In this document: positions 12,290 to 26,711 of the stretch, in pieces
How the letters are laid out: every line of letters starts with the position of its first letter
How positions within the stretch are numbered: the first letter of the stretch is position 1
Made by a program: the position numbers and the translations under genes
Origin: Haliotis cracherodii
Lineage: Eukaryota
NCBI RefSeq assembly: GCF_022045235.1
Contig: NW_027266330.1
Span: 40,796,001 to 40,860,000 of the forward strand
DNA length: 64,000 nt
Direction of reading: 5' to 3'
The notes under the pieces: generated by a model
What the model was told of the DNA's origin: nothing
Databases searched by the model: none
What the model saw: only the letters and a program-made list of their open reading frames with translations

Positions 12290-15200
12290 GAGTGACAGCT
12301 TACTCGTGGTGTGATACGATACACATATAGCTCAGTCGCTGCGTTATACATTGACAGCTTACTGTGGTGTAATACAGTGACAGCTAACTGTGGTGTTATA
12401 CAGTGACAGCTTACTGTGGTGTTATACAGTGACAGCTAACTGTGGTGTTATACAGTGACAGCTTACTGTGGTGTTATACAATGACAGCTAACTGTGGTGT
12501 TATACAGTGACAGCTTACTGTGGTGTTATACAGTGACAGCTTACTGTGGTGTTATACAGTGACAGCTTACTGTGGTGTTATACAATGACAGCTAACTGTG
12601 GTGTTATACAGTGACAGCTTACTGTGGTGTTATACAGTGACAGCTTACTGTGGTGTTATACAGTTACACCTTACTGGGGTGTTAGTGACAGCTTACTTGG
12701 GTATTATACAATGACAGCTTACTGTGGTGTTATACAGTGACAGCTTACTGTGGTGTTATACAGTGACAACTAACTGTGGTGTTAGTGACAGCTTACAGTG
12801 GTGTTATACAGTGACAGCTTACTGTGGTGTTATACAGTGACAGCTTACAGTGGTGTTATACAGTGGCAGCTAACTGTGGTGTTATACAGTGACAGCTTAC
12901 TGTGGTGTTATACAGTGACAGCTTACTGTGGTGTTATACAGTGACAGCTTACTGTAGTGTTATACAGTGACAGCTTACTGTGGTGATATACAGTGACAGC
13001 TAACTGTGGGGTTATACAGTGACACCTAACTGTGGTGTTATACAGTGACAGCTAACTGTGGTGTTATGCAGTGACAGCTTACTGTGGTGTTATACAATGA
13101 CAGCTTACTGTGATGTTATATGGTGACAGCTTACTGTGATGTTATATGGTGACAGCTTACTGTGATGTTATATGGTGACAGCTTACTGTGATGTTATATG
13201 GTGACAGCTTCCTGTGGTGTTATACAGTGACAGCTAGCTGTGGTGTTATACAATGACAGCTTACTGTGATGTTATATGGTGACAGCTTACTGTGGTGTTA
13301 TACAGTGACAGCTTACTGTAGTGTTATACAGTGACAGCTTACTGTGGTGTTATACAGTGACAGCTTACTGTGGTGTTATACAATGACAGCTTACTGTAGT
13401 GTTATACAGTGACAGCTTACTGTAGTGTTATACAGTGACAGCTAACTGTTGTGTTATACAGTGACAGCTAGCTGTGGTGTTTTGCAGTGACAGCTTACTG
13501 TGGTGTTATACAGTGACAGCTTACTGTGGTGTTATACAGTGACAGCGTACTGTGGTGTTATACAGTGACAGCTAACTGTGGTGTTATACAGTGACAGCTT
13601 ACTGTTGTGTTAGTGACAGCTTACTGTGGTGTTATACAGTGACAGCTTACTGTGGTGTTATACAGTGACAGCTTACTGTGGTGTTATACAGTGACAGCTA
13701 ACTGTGGTGTTATACAGTGACAGCTTACTGTTGTGTTAGTGACAGCTTACTGTGGTGTTATACAGTGACAGCTTACTGTGGTGTTATACAGTGACAGCTT
13801 AATGTGGTGTTAGTGACAGCTGACTGTGGTGTTAGTGACAGCTTACTGTGTTGTTATACAGTGACAGCTAATTGTGGTGTTATACAGTGACAGCTTACTG
13901 TGGTGTTATACAGTGACAGCTTACTGTGGTGTTATACAGTGACAGCTTACTGTGGTGTTATACAATGACAGCTTACTGTAGTGTTATACAGTGACAGCTT
14001 ACTGTGGTGTTATACAATGACAGCTTACTGTGGCGTTATACAGTGACAGCTTACTGTGGTGTTATACAGTGACAGCTTACTGTGGTGTTATACAATGACA
14101 GCTTACTGTAGTGTTATACAGTGACAGCTAACTGTGGTGTTATACAGTGACACCTTAATGGGGTGTTATACAGTGACAGCTAACTGTGGTGTTATGCAGT
14201 GACACCTAACTGTGGTGTTATACAATGACAGCTTACTGTGGTGTTATACAGTGACAGCTTACTGTAGTGTTATACAGTGACAGCTTACTGTGGTGATATA
14301 CAGTGACAGCTAACTGTGGTGTTATACAGTGACAGCTTACTGTGGTGATATACAGTGACAGCTAACTGTGGGGTTATACAGTGACACCTAACTGTGGTGT
14401 TATACAGTGACAGCTAACTGTGGTGTTATGCAGTGACAGCTTACTGTGGTGTTATACAATGACAGCTTACTGTGATGTTATATGGTGACAGCTTACTGTG
14501 ATGTTATATGGTGACAGCTTACTGTGATGTTATATGGTGACAGCTTACTGTGGTGTTATACAGTGACAGCTAGCTGTGGTGTTATACAATGACAGCTTAC
14601 TGTGATGTTATATGGTGACAGCTTACTGTGGTGTTATACAATGACAGCTTACTGTAGTGTTATACAGTGACAGCTTACTGTAGTGTTATACAGTGACAGC
14701 TAACTGTTGTGTTATACAGTGACAGCTAGCTGTGGTGTTTTGCAGTGACAGCTTACTGTGGTGTTATACAGTGACAGCTTACTGTGGTGTTATACAGTGA
14801 CAGCTTACTGTGGTGTTATACAGTGACAGCTAACTGTGGTGTTATACAGTGACAGCTTACTGTGGTGTTAGTGACAGCTTACTGTGGTGTTATACAGTGA
14901 CAGCTTACTGTGGTGTTATACAGTGACAGCTTACTGTGGTGTTATACAGTGACAGCTAACTGTGGTGTTATACAGTGACAGCTTACTGTTGTGTTAGTGA
15001 CAGCTTACAGTGGTGTTATACAGTGACAGCTTACTGTGGTGTTATACAGTGACAGCTTAATGTGGTGTTAGTGACAGCTGACTGTGGTGTTAGTGACAGC
15101 TTACTGTGTTGTTATACAGTGACAGCTAATTGTGGTGTTATACAGTGACAGCTTACTGTGGTGTTATACAGTGACAGCTTACTGTGGTGTTATACAGTGA

Positions 15201-15848
15201 CAGCTTACTGTGGTGTTATACAATGACAGCTTACTGTAGTGTTATACAGTGACAGCTTACTGTGGTGTTATACAATGACAGCTTACTGTGGTGTTATACA
15301 GTGACAGCTTACTGTGGTGTTATACAGTGACAGCTTACTGTGGTGTTATACAATGACAGCTTACTGTGGTGTTATACAATGACAGCTTACTGTAGTGTTA
15401 TACAGTGACAGCTAACTGTGGTGTTATACAGTGACACCTTAATGGGGTGTTATACAGTGACAGCTTACTGTGGTGTTATGCAGTGACAGCTAACTGTGGT
15501 GTTATACAATGACAGCTTACTGTGATGTTATACAGTGACAGCTTACTGTGGTGTTATACAGTGACAGCTTACTGTGGTGTTATACAATGACAGCTAACTG
15601 TGGTGTTATACAGTGACAGCTAACTGTTGTGTTATACAGTGACAGCTTACTGTGGTGTTATACAGTGACAGCTTACAGTGGTGTTATACAATGACAGCTT
15701 ACTGTGGTGTTATACAGTGACAGCTTACTGTGGTGTTATACAGTGACAGCTTACTGTGTTGTTATACAGTGACAGCTTACTGTGGTGTTATACAGTGACA
15801 GCTTACTGTAGTGTTATACACTGACAGCTTACTGTGGTGTTATACAGT
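12290..15848. repeat. 26-bp minisatellite, ~135 copies, filling almost the whole intron
   Basis: GTGACAGCTTACTGTGGTGTTATACA. Confidence 0.97.
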
Positions 15849-15872
15849 AGTTTGCATAGAGAGTGCACTCAC

Positions 15873-15929
15873 CTGTTGTTCAAACAGCCAATCCAGGCAT
15901 TTCTGTACCTCAGACTTCGCCATTTTCCT
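15873..15929 (-). CDS. Plakin-family exon (RKMAKSEVQKCLDWLFEQQ); internal ATG at 15923
   Basis: ttttctttcAG / CAG|gtgagt; L.W helix A of SR3. Confidence 0.85.
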
Positions 15930-15955
15930 CTGAAAGAAAACGATAGCCCGATTAT

Positions 15956-16566
15956 ACACATGACAGACAAGAGTCTGAAACAGATGCAGTCACACACATG
16001 ACAGACAAGAGTCTGAAACAGATACAGTCACACACATGACAGACATGAGTCTGACACAGATACAGTCACACACATGACAGACAAGATTCTGAAACAGATA
16101 CAGTCACACAAATGACAGACAGAAGTCTGACACAGATACAGTCACACACATGACAGACAAGAGTCTGACACAGATACAGTCACACACATGACAGACAAGA
16201 GTCTGACACAGATGCAGTCACACACATGACAGACAAGAGTCTGACACAGATGCAGTCACACACATGACAGACATGAGTCTGACACAGATGCAGTCACACA
16301 CATGACAGACATGAGTCTGAAACAGATACAGTCACACACATGACAGACATGAGTCTGACACAGATGCAGTCACACACATGACAGACAAGAGTCTGACACA
16401 GATACAGTCACACACATGACAGACATGAGTCTGACACAGATGCAGTCACACACATGACAGACATGAGTCTGAAACAGATACAGTCACACACATGACAGAT
16501 ATGAGTCTGACACAGATGCAGTCACACACATGACAGACAAGAGTCTGACACAGATGCAGTCACACA
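15956..16566. repeat. 38-bp minisatellite, ~16 copies
   Basis: CACACATGACAGACAAGAGTCTGACACAGATGCAGTCA. Confidence 0.95.
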
Positions 16567-19423
16567 GAAGACTACAGCATTGATGGTAGCAGTAGATACC
16601 GACTGGGTGCAAGTGACAGGAAGCGAGTGTCACACCCTGTCGGACTGACATTTAGAGGGAGTCGTGTGCAGGCAGCTGGGTGTTCTGCTACCACTGCCGT
16701 ACACCGGCACACTACAGGCACAACAATACATATAGCTCCGTGGTCATAACTGTCCATTGTCGGGAACCCGATGAAACATCCTGTATACAGTATATAATGA
16801 CACAGCTCCCTTTCAGCTAAAGGATCGACACATACGTGTAGGTTCACTTCAAGACAGGACACACAGGTTGAATGGAGGCTTGTCTAAAGCACGGGGCCTA
16901 CTCTATGCCTACTCTATGCCTACTCTGTGCCTTGAATGCTGTCAGTGTTGTGAAGCTGTTTGAAGTGCACAGACCATATCATTGTTACCTCTGTTCTATG
17001 ACAACACAGCCTTTATACGCAACATCTCCTGCACCGTACTCGCACTCACTATACAGCTATATAATCACAGCTAACCATTTCTATTCAGTGATCAGAATCG
17101 CATCAGCTTAAGGTAAAGATTAACCTAGACGTGTCGTAATGGGTAAAGTTAATACACCACGTGTACCCTGTAAGTAGACCTCATTCGCAGAATACTAGAC
17201 TGGTGACGATCTCTCATTGAAGTCGGTGATGACTACGCCAGTCTTACATTCACCAAATGAAGTGAGTGCCACATAAGGTACGAATGCAGTACTTCTCACT
17301 GCCCTACCCCTGAACACGACCCCTATAATTCAGTCGTAAGCTCATTATGCGAAAGTTTCAGCGGGCTAATTTATTTACAATGGATTCTAACACCAGACAC
17401 CGACCTGGTTTCTCTATTTGCTGAATAACACGTAAATTATGAGAGCCTGTATCCATGGAAACTGACGCCCTAAGTTAACCCTGGAGCGTAGTGCAAGTTA
17501 AAATATAACAAAACCGAAACCTGTGTATGGACGAGAATGATCTGTCGCCTCTACCACGTGTCCATGTCTGTCTTTTATATTCAGTAAGGTTTTGGATAAT
17601 ATTTTGGTTTAATCATTTTGGATTATGTGTTGCGCTCTGAGTACCCACTAATCCTCTGGTTTTAATAAGATCATATAAATCTGGTCCTGGTACTGACTAT
17701 ATATTTACACCTGCCCCACCTGTGGAATGACACATCAGTGTCTGTCCCGGCACAGGTTAATATTGAGTTAATAAACACTCGCTGAGTGTGGCGGCAGTTT
17801 CACCTGTCCCTGTACAGTTCTACAAACCAGTCCTACGGGTTTTCTCTCTCACTACACACACTCCAATACATCCACAGAGTTATGTGGCATTAAGTTATCA
17901 CAAAGAAAGGACCCCTTTAAAAAGCCATTGGTTTAGACCATATACCCCCCCCCCCCCACGTACCTGGACTATAACCAGCAGGGCGGAAACCACTTCAACG
18001 GAACGTAATATGTACGGAATGTGAATTATTTCAGTAATTCCATCCCGTATTTAATAATCCCTGAATATGTTACATTACATTTTGTATGACGTGGTGTAAA
18101 AGCATTATTATCCAAAAGATTTCAGGTTATAAATTTCTAACACTCAAATCAATTCAACAACCTGAAAGCGGTCACATTTGAGACTCGACTGTAACATTGT
18201 ATAACACGGGTCAAGTATGGCTTCTCTGCTCCAAACACTGGGGGCTGGTATGAGCAATACTGAGTATCAACCTATTCCAAAGACGATATCTCAAGAGTCG
18301 CCACGTACTCCTGTCTGACATATAAACTCGGGAACATTACTCTACTGATCTATGTATGAATGATATCAACGATGTAATACTTACATGTCTATACCCGTGG
18401 GGTGTCGGCGATGGTGAGCGTGTGTCTGTGTGGTGCTGTGTTGTACTGCCTCGATAACCCGACACACCTATGCGACTATTGCATGACCTCCTTAAGCTTT
18501 CAAAAATACCAGAAGGCGGTTTGATCTCCGTGTAGACCACTTTTCCTCTTTACGTGTGAGTTAGCTATAAGGTGTAGCACTTGACTTGGGTATTGTTATT
18601 TGGACATGCTCAACATACTCACGAGTTATTTATCCTTACATGCATTGACTTGTCTTTTTCAAAATGCATTGTACTGATGAACACAGCAGCTAGGAGTGGT
18701 TAATTGTATATCTGTATATCACATAACCTAATGGAAACGTCAGTCATTGTGTGTTTTTTTCTAGCCTGTTAAAAATGTTATTGAGGACAGATTTCCCAAA
18801 TATGGACATACTATCCTGGGCCAGGTAGAGCTGCTGCTGATGTCAATCAGGCCTTCCAGCTTGAAGCACGGGTGGGCGGAATTGTTTGCTTTGTAGATTT
18901 TGCGGTGCGTTAAACCACTCACCTCACCATCAAACACTATTGTGCAAGGCACGGACAGTATTTTATTTCTTGAATTCGGCCAAATATTGAATTCAGGTAT
19001 AAGGTATTTGTCTTAGTACCTGTTTTAAAACATTAAATATGGATCGATATTCTTACAGTCCTGGGCGGACGGATACAAGCTTGTTAGGTACTGAAATGTA
19101 CATTTCGAATAATCTTGTCTAGAATGATGAGAATTCTTAATCCATCCTCACCAGAGCCCAGTCAGAGCCGCCTTGTCCGGCCCACAATACCCACGCCGGG
19201 GGAGAGCGTGTCAACAGCCCAGAGAAAACCCGTTGTCAATATACCTGACATGGTCAATAGAGAGGGACGGTCGGCGCACTTGAATCACAAACCACATACA
19301 TCAATCTAACCCTCTTTCATATACATGAGTGTCTACTCAGTAAAGCAGAACTACAACATTCCCAGTGTAATGAATCGTAGCCCTGGTTTCCAATTTTAAA
19401 TAAAACGCAAATATTTCCCTCAC

Positions 19424-19511
19424 CTCTGAGCTTGACATAACTGGAGTGGTCTCCCCTTTGTCTGAGTAGGTGTAACTATTGCGCGTGTACCCTCTGTTCG
19501 AGAGGACTCTC
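19424..19511 (-). CDS. Probable plakin 5' exon (RVLSNRGYTRNSYTYSDKGETTPVMSSSE)
   Basis: cctgcAG / GAG|gtgagg; phase 2 in, phase 0 out, in frame with exon 15873-15929. Confidence 0.6.
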
Positions 19512-20029
19512 CTGCAGGTGACATATAGTTTAGACCCCTGGAGATGGGTGATTGACACATTGATGGATATGTTGCTAATGTCCTGGCAGCGGCGTGGATG
19601 GAATGTCCACGACTAACACTGTGCTGCCTCCAGCACTCACACAATTACTTACTCACCTGTAACAAATTTATGCCCCGATTGATCATCCCTGTCTCATGTT
19701 GTTTTAATGTTTTCCCAAAGCCATCTAATGAGGCAACTCGTTATATTCATCCGTCTATACCAGAAATATGGACACTTTAGTGGCTCGATAACTGCTTGAA
19801 CCGCTGTGCCCCTGTACGGACGTTACTCCACGTGACGGTTATCTATTAGTAACACAGGCGTCATTTCAAGGCAATTTCTTGAATATTATGCTCAATTCTA
19901 TCAAACATTTTGATGGCCAGGAAATGCCAGAATTCGTAGACCGTGTTATGAAAGGGAATAATAAGATGTAGAAGTGCTGAATAAATCAGGTATTTTCGAG
20001 TAGTGGTTAATGTAGCGTAAACCTGCTCA

Positions 20030-21580
20030 CTCACTGTATTCCCCGATCTACAGTAGTGAGATATGACACTAATCCCAACGAATGTCCCACTATATTCACC
20101 GATCTACAGTAGTGAGATATGACACTAATCCCAGCGAATGTCTACCTACATTTATAAACATCGAACTACAGTAGTGAGATATGATACACATCCCGACGAA
20201 TGTCCCACTATATTCCCCGATCTACAGTAGTGAGATATGACACACATCCCGACGAATGTCTCACTATATTCATCGAACTACACTAGTGAGATATGACACA
20301 TCCCGACGAATGTCTCACTGTATTTATCGAACTACCGTAGTGAGATATGATACATATCCAGACGAATGTCTCACTATATTCATCGATCTACAGTAGTGAG
20401 ATATGATACACATCCCGACGAATGTCTCACTATATTCATCGAACTACCGTAGTGAGATATGACACACATCCAGACGAATGTCTCACTGTATTCCCCGATC
20501 TACAATAGTGAGATATGACACACATTCCGACGAATGTCTCACTATATTCCCCGATCTACAGTTGTGAGATATGACACACATCCCGACGAATGTCTCACTA
20601 TATTCCCCGATCTACACTTGTGAGATGTGACACACATCCAGACGAATGTCTCACTATATTCCCCGATTTACAATAGTGAGATATGATACACATCCAGACG
20701 AATGTCCCACTATATTCCCCGATCTGCAGTAGTGAGATATGATACACATCCCGACGAATGTTCCACTATATTCCCCGATCTACAGTAGTGAGATATGACA
20801 CACATCCCGACGAATGTCTCACTATATTCATCGAACTACACTAGTGAGATATGACACATCCCGACGAATGTCTCACTGTATTTATCGAACTACCGTAGTG
20901 AGATATGATACATATCCAGACGAATGTCTCACTATATTCATCGATCTACAGTAGTGAGATATGATACACATCCCGACGAATGTCTCACTATATTCATCGA
21001 ACTACCGTAGTGAGATATGACACACATCCAGACGAATGTCTCACTGTATTCCCCGATCTACAATAGTGAGATATGACACACATTCCGACGAATGTCTCAC
21101 TATATTCCCCGATCTACAGTTGTGAGATATGACACACATCCCGACGAATGTCTCACTATATTCACCGATCTACACTTGTGAGATGTGACACACATCCAGA
21201 CGAATGTCTCACTATATTCCCCGATCTACAATAGTGAGATATGATACACATCCAGACGAATGTCCCACTATATTCCCCGATCTGCAGTAGTGAGATATGA
21301 TACACATCCCGACGAATGTCCCACTATATTCATCGAACTACAGTAGTGAGATATGACACACATCCAGTCGAATGTCCCACTATATTCCCCGATCTACAGT
21401 AGTGAGATATGACACACATCCGGACGAATGTCTCACTATATTCACTAATCTACAGTAGTGAGATAAGACACATTCTCGACGAATATCTCACAATATTCCC
21501 CGGTCTACAGCAATGAGATATGACACACATCCCGACGAATGTCTCACTATATTCCCTATTCTACAGCAATGAGACACGAC
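20030..21580. repeat. 56-bp hairpin-containing minisatellite, ~27 copies
   Basis: CAGTAGTGAGATATGACACACATCCCGACGAATGTCTCACTATATTCCCCGATCTA. Confidence 0.95.
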
Positions 21581-22415
21581 AAACGTTCTTGTGAATATCT
21601 GAATATACTCTCATCAGCAATTGCTCATAGTATTTACTTTAACATACTAGACCAAACATTGATCAGTAACCAGAGATTTTAGATATGTTTAGATATATCT
21701 GAACACTAGAACACACCTTTCATGTTACAGTTTTATTCTAATTTATGGTTACAGGTTACTGGTGCCAAACACCGGACGTTACCCCCCATCTGGCGCAGCT
21801 GACAATCTCTCACACAACATGGCTGTTGCAGGGGAATACAAACAGGAATTATGGATCCGGACCATATTTCAATTTCAATATTTCCATGGATTAAAAACTG
21901 CCAGTGCTACATATCCTCTATTACAGCGGTATTCAATTATTCCTGTGACTGGCCAATGCATGTGTCTGTATCATATTTGACGCTGTGTTCAATCAAACTA
22001 TAACTGGACCGATGCTGTCAATCAAGCTGCCAGAGGCAATATCGTGCATTTGATCACCATTTATGACGATACAATCTAGCTAATACAGTAATATTCTATT
22101 ACCATGGCAACACGAGGGAGACTGATGGCTCGTCAGTGATTACCTTGTTCTGCTGGCTTTATGGGGGCCCCTGAGGCTTTATGTAGCACCCCCCAGCTGG
22201 GTGTGCGGCGAATTGAGGAGGTAGAAGGCAGGGTGCGGAGTAAAGCTATATATGTACTCCCAAGGTACAGCTAGAGGCATACCTTGAAACGTGTTTTCGC
22301 CTTTACATAGACAATGATCCATGTAATAAATTCAGATTGTTCGGAAGGCCACATGCAGGATAGGAATGTCCATCTGTTTTCGATCACCTGCTGTGCCCAT
22401 ATGCCAAGCATAAAC

Positions 22416-22687
22416 TGAGTGAGTGAGTTGGTTTTAACGCCGCTTTTAACAGTATTCCAGTTATATCGCGGCCTGTCAGCTTAATGTGGGAGGAAAGTCC
22501 GAAGTGATGCAGGTCTTAGATATTTACCACTTCGGTGAAACTCACGAGCACGTGTATGGTGCTGACAAACCGAGAAACATAATCGGGGCGATCCTGGATT
22601 CGAACCCACAATCATAGGTTTCTGGCGTGCCTGAGGGACGCAACTCTGCACAGCGAATCGCGTCGCCTTAGACGACTGGGCCACCCG
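22416..22687 (-). mobile_element. tRNA-derived SINE family C
   Basis: B box GGTTCGAATCC, TTTCCTCCCAC body motif, same 3' tail and (ACTC)n end. Confidence 0.75.
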
Positions 22688-22704
22688 TTACCCCAATCGA
22701 AGGA

Positions 22705-23375
22705 CGGGGTGTACACTGTCTGTCTGAGACAGCACGTGGGACAGGGTGTACAGTGTGTGTCTGAGACACAGCAAGGGGGCCGGGGTGTACAGTGTGTGTC
22801 TGAGACAGTACGGGAGCCGGGGTGTACAGTGTGTGTCTGAGACAGTACGGGAGCCGGGGTGTACAGTATGTGTCTGAGACAGCACGGGGGACGCGGTGTA
22901 CAGTGTGTGTCTGAGACAGTACGGGAGCCGGGGCGAACAGTGTGTGTCGTGAGACAGCACGGGGGCCGGGGTGTACAGTGTGTGTCGTGAGACAGTACGG
23001 GGGCCGGGGCGAACAGTGTGTGTCTGAGACAGTACGGGGGCCGGGGCGAACAGTGTGTGTCGTGAGACAGTACGGGGGCCGGGGCGAACAGTGTGTGTCG
23101 TGAGACAGCACGGGGGCCGGGGTGTACAGTGTGTGTCTGAGACAGTACGGGGGCCGGGGTGTACAGTGTGTGTCGTGAGACAGTACGGGGGCCGGGGTGT
23201 ACAGTGTGTGTCTAAGACAGCACGGGGGACGGGGTGTACAGTGTCTGTCGTGCGACAGCACGGGGGCCGGGGTGTACAGTGTGTGTCGTGAGACAGCACG
23301 GGGGCCGGGGTGTACAGTGTGTGTCTGAGACAGTACGGGGGCCGGGGTGTGTGCTCTGGTGTACAGTGTGTGTCT
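22705..23375. repeat. GC-rich 38/40-bp minisatellite, ~17 copies
   Basis: GGGCCGGGGTGTACAGTGTGTGTCTGAGACAGTACGG. Confidence 0.93.
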
Positions 23376-25282
23376 GGAGGGCTTGGCGACTGTGTTGACA
23401 CTCGACACTTACATATTCAAGGCTTGTCTTATATTAAATACAGTGGTGGTGTGAATCGGTGAGAATTAACGGGATAAATGTTTTGATTTCACCTTTATGT
23501 GTGATTTATTGTATGTGGCTATTATGCAGTGGGACTGAATCAGCAGCATGTGGCGTTGCAGAATGTCTTCCCGAAGGAGTTCTCGATTGCCGGGTGTATG
23601 CAGGCGAGAGTGATCATCATAAGATGGGGAGGGGTGACGGTGGGGGATGTAAATGGGTTGATGATATCAATGGTTCATGCTCTGATAGTTAGTGATTAGA
23701 TATGCTTTGTTTGTAATTGACAGTTGCTGTTAACAATAAATTCCGGAAGGTATTAATGTATTAATGTATTAATGGCCTCAACTTGCCTTTTGTCAGCCGG
23801 CCCTGTGACTAAGCAGGGTGAGATAAAAGCACCCCTCTTCACTTCAAAGGGTTACATAAACATATATAGGTCTGTGGTGACACGTAGCCCTAGCCCCTCC
23901 CCCACCTCCACCACCACCCCGAGTAGCAGATAAGGTAGCTAGGGTCGTGTCAGGTGAGACGGGGGAACACTCGTCGTACATCACACTTACCCCACCTGCT
24001 TCAAATAACAATAATGTAACCGTGGTCGCACGGCCTTCACCCCGGGGCTAAACATATCACAATGTCGCCGTGAGTTGTTTCAATATGAAACCCCAGTGCA
24101 ACAAATTCAACTTTCATCGGTCGGAATTTTCCATCTCCGAACTTTCTGTTAACTAATTCAATGATAAGATTGCATTTGTCTGTGAGCTTGAAGACGATGA
24201 CGATGTGCCAGTGACATGCGAGCGGTAGATATACCGCCCCGTTGAGGGCGCGCTACCAATGCCGTCTTGTTGGAACGGTCATTAAATCCAGCTTCTGTAG
24301 CTTCTCATTGATGGCACATGACTCTTTTCATGAATCTGATAAACATGCAGATCGATTTCGAACCTATTTAGCGATACGTCAGTTCCCAAGGTGTTTGCTA
24401 TCCGATAACACTGCGTGAATAGACCTCATTTGCCACCAGAGTCTGTTACAAAGAAAGGTAGATAATCTGCTGTTTCCATACGCACACAGTTCGACCTTGG
24501 TCTCAAAGTACAGTGATGTGCAAATAATGGTCCAGGCTAGTAGTAGAAGTTGTGTGTGAATCGGTGCACAGCTTCAGTATAGACACTTTACGATGTGTAC
24601 TGAAACACTGCATACTTTGTGGAGTCATTGGACCTTCTCCTCCGCGCCCAAGTTGGTCTGAAGCTGACTCCAACAAGCCTGTATGATGTTCCAGGCTGTA
24701 TGTGCTCGGCATTCTGGTGGACCACAGCTGCACGGGGACAGGGACATGCTGCCTATAGTGTTCCAGTAAATCAGCAACCGGTTTGGGGTTTGTGTTAGGT
24801 TTCTGGACAAGCAAGATTATTCAGGTATAAATAATCCCGACAAGGAAATAGTACAAGAATAAAACATGGGTGTTCACTGGTCGGACGCAGGTCACATTCT
24901 TGGCCATGTGCCGGCTACACATGACACAGTCAAAACTCCAGAATATTTCATGGCCATGATGTAAGATAAACCATTTCTAGTCCACCTTTACCAGGCTGGT
25001 GTTACCTTGTCTCCATGCATGACAGCACAGGGAATCATTTACGAGCACCAATAACATAGTTAATGCAGTAAGCAATACATACACACTCTAGCTGGGAACA
25101 TGCTGGATGCCGGGTAGGTGACACGCCGCATAAAGAACGTCAAACATTAAACTTTAACGCTTTGCTAAGTCAAAAGGAAATGCCCAAATGTTCTTATCGT
25201 TGCCTGGGAAAGGGGGAGGGGTCGGTGGCGGGTAGCTCTAGGGTAGTTCACGAGGTACGGTGAACGGGTAGGTCTGACTCAC

Positions 25283-25338
25283 ATCCGTGTTTGCTCTTTA
25301 CATGCTTGTTCACATTGTGTGCAGCTCAATGTCGTCAT
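25283..25338 (-). CDS. Candidate alternative first coding exon of plakin gene (MTTLSCTQCEQACKEQTR)
   Basis: ATG, open frame, AT|gtgagt donor in phase 2, in frame with exon 19424-19511. Confidence 0.4.
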
Positions 25339-25836
25339 GTGAATGTCCAGAGGTAGTATACCCAGTTGTGGACACTATATGAATGGATTTACAGTTATGA
25401 TACAGTGGTGCCCCATTCTGTCAAATACATTCGCTGTCCGTGTCGATGTCTAATAACAATTCATCCCCGCATAGTTTGCATAGCACATAATATAAACTAA
25501 TGTAGATAAGGACTCGCATCGATACTAAGTGTATAGTCTGTCTGACGCATACATTTAAATAATGTCAAGTTGCAGTATTGACGCACACCGTATATTTGCT
25601 TAATCCATCGGCTAACAGAAGCCGGTGTAGAGGTGGGGCACCTAGCGGAGACCGGAATGTAATATAGATATAGACGCAATGACTTATGGCATGGACTTGA
25701 CGTGGATACAAACATGGATATCTTTTGACCTGATACAAACATAGATATATTTGTACCTGACCTGATACAAACATGGATATATTTGTACCTGACCTGATAC
25801 AAACATGGATATACATATGTATGTGGACTTGGCTTG

Positions 25837-25999
25837 NNNNNNNNNNNNNNNNNNNNNNNNNNNNNNNNNNNNNNNNNNNNNNNNNNNNNNNNNNNNNNNN
25901 NNNNNNNNNNNNNNNNNNNNNNNNNNNNNNNNNNNNNNNNNNNNNNNNNNNNNNNNNNNNNNNNNNNNNNNNNNNNNNNNNNNNNNNNNNNNNNNNNNN
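25837..25999. other. Assembly gap (N run)
   Basis: 163 n characters. Confidence 0.99.
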
Positions 26000-26157
26000 T
26001 CAATGCCAGAGAACAACCAGTCTCGATTATCCAACCAAAGCGATTCCATTGAGCGTAAAAGCCAAAATAGGGGGGGGGGGGGGGGGGGGGGTCAGTATAC
26101 GAAGTCATCACCTACAGTCAGCGATGAGAACAGTGGTGTTCGCGAAAAGGGTGAAAC

Positions 26158-26296
26158 GGGTATATATGACGTTGAATGGAACACAACATGGGTATATATG
26201 ACGTTGAATGGAACACAACATGGGTATATATGACGTTGAATGGAACACAACATGGGTACATATGACGTTGAATGGAACACAACATGGGTACATATG
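26158..26296. repeat. 32-bp tandem repeat, ~4 copies
   Basis: GGGTATATATGACGTTGAATGGAACACAACAT. Confidence 0.9.
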
Positions 26297-26711
26297 TCTG
26301 TCATAACAGTGGAGAAAAAGGTAAGAAGAAGTCATCACGTCTAGAGTAAACAGGCAAGCTGATGGAACGCTTTTATGGACAAAACTCTACCACCATTAAG
26401 AAGGAAGAGCTGTTCCATATTAATCTATACAGCGCATTATTTTTATCTCAAAACGTGATTTCTGTAACAGAGGGTTATTGATGTACAAAGGGAATGATTT
26501 CCAATATTTCCAATATGAACTTACCCACAGTTACAGAATTACGTAGTTGAAGATGATACAGCTGCATGCAGAGTGTTGGGACCCAGGTGCACACAAGCTA
26601 TGCCCGGTCACAAATTAAACACATACTGTTTGTTTAAGGCAGTTGTAACAATTACAAAGCAGTGGAGTTATCTCCGCGAGGTGTGTTTCAGATACATAGA
26701 GAAGGTCCTAC

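Noticed and set aside
25497-26233. ORFs spanning X runs
   Set aside because: Artefacts of the assembly gap
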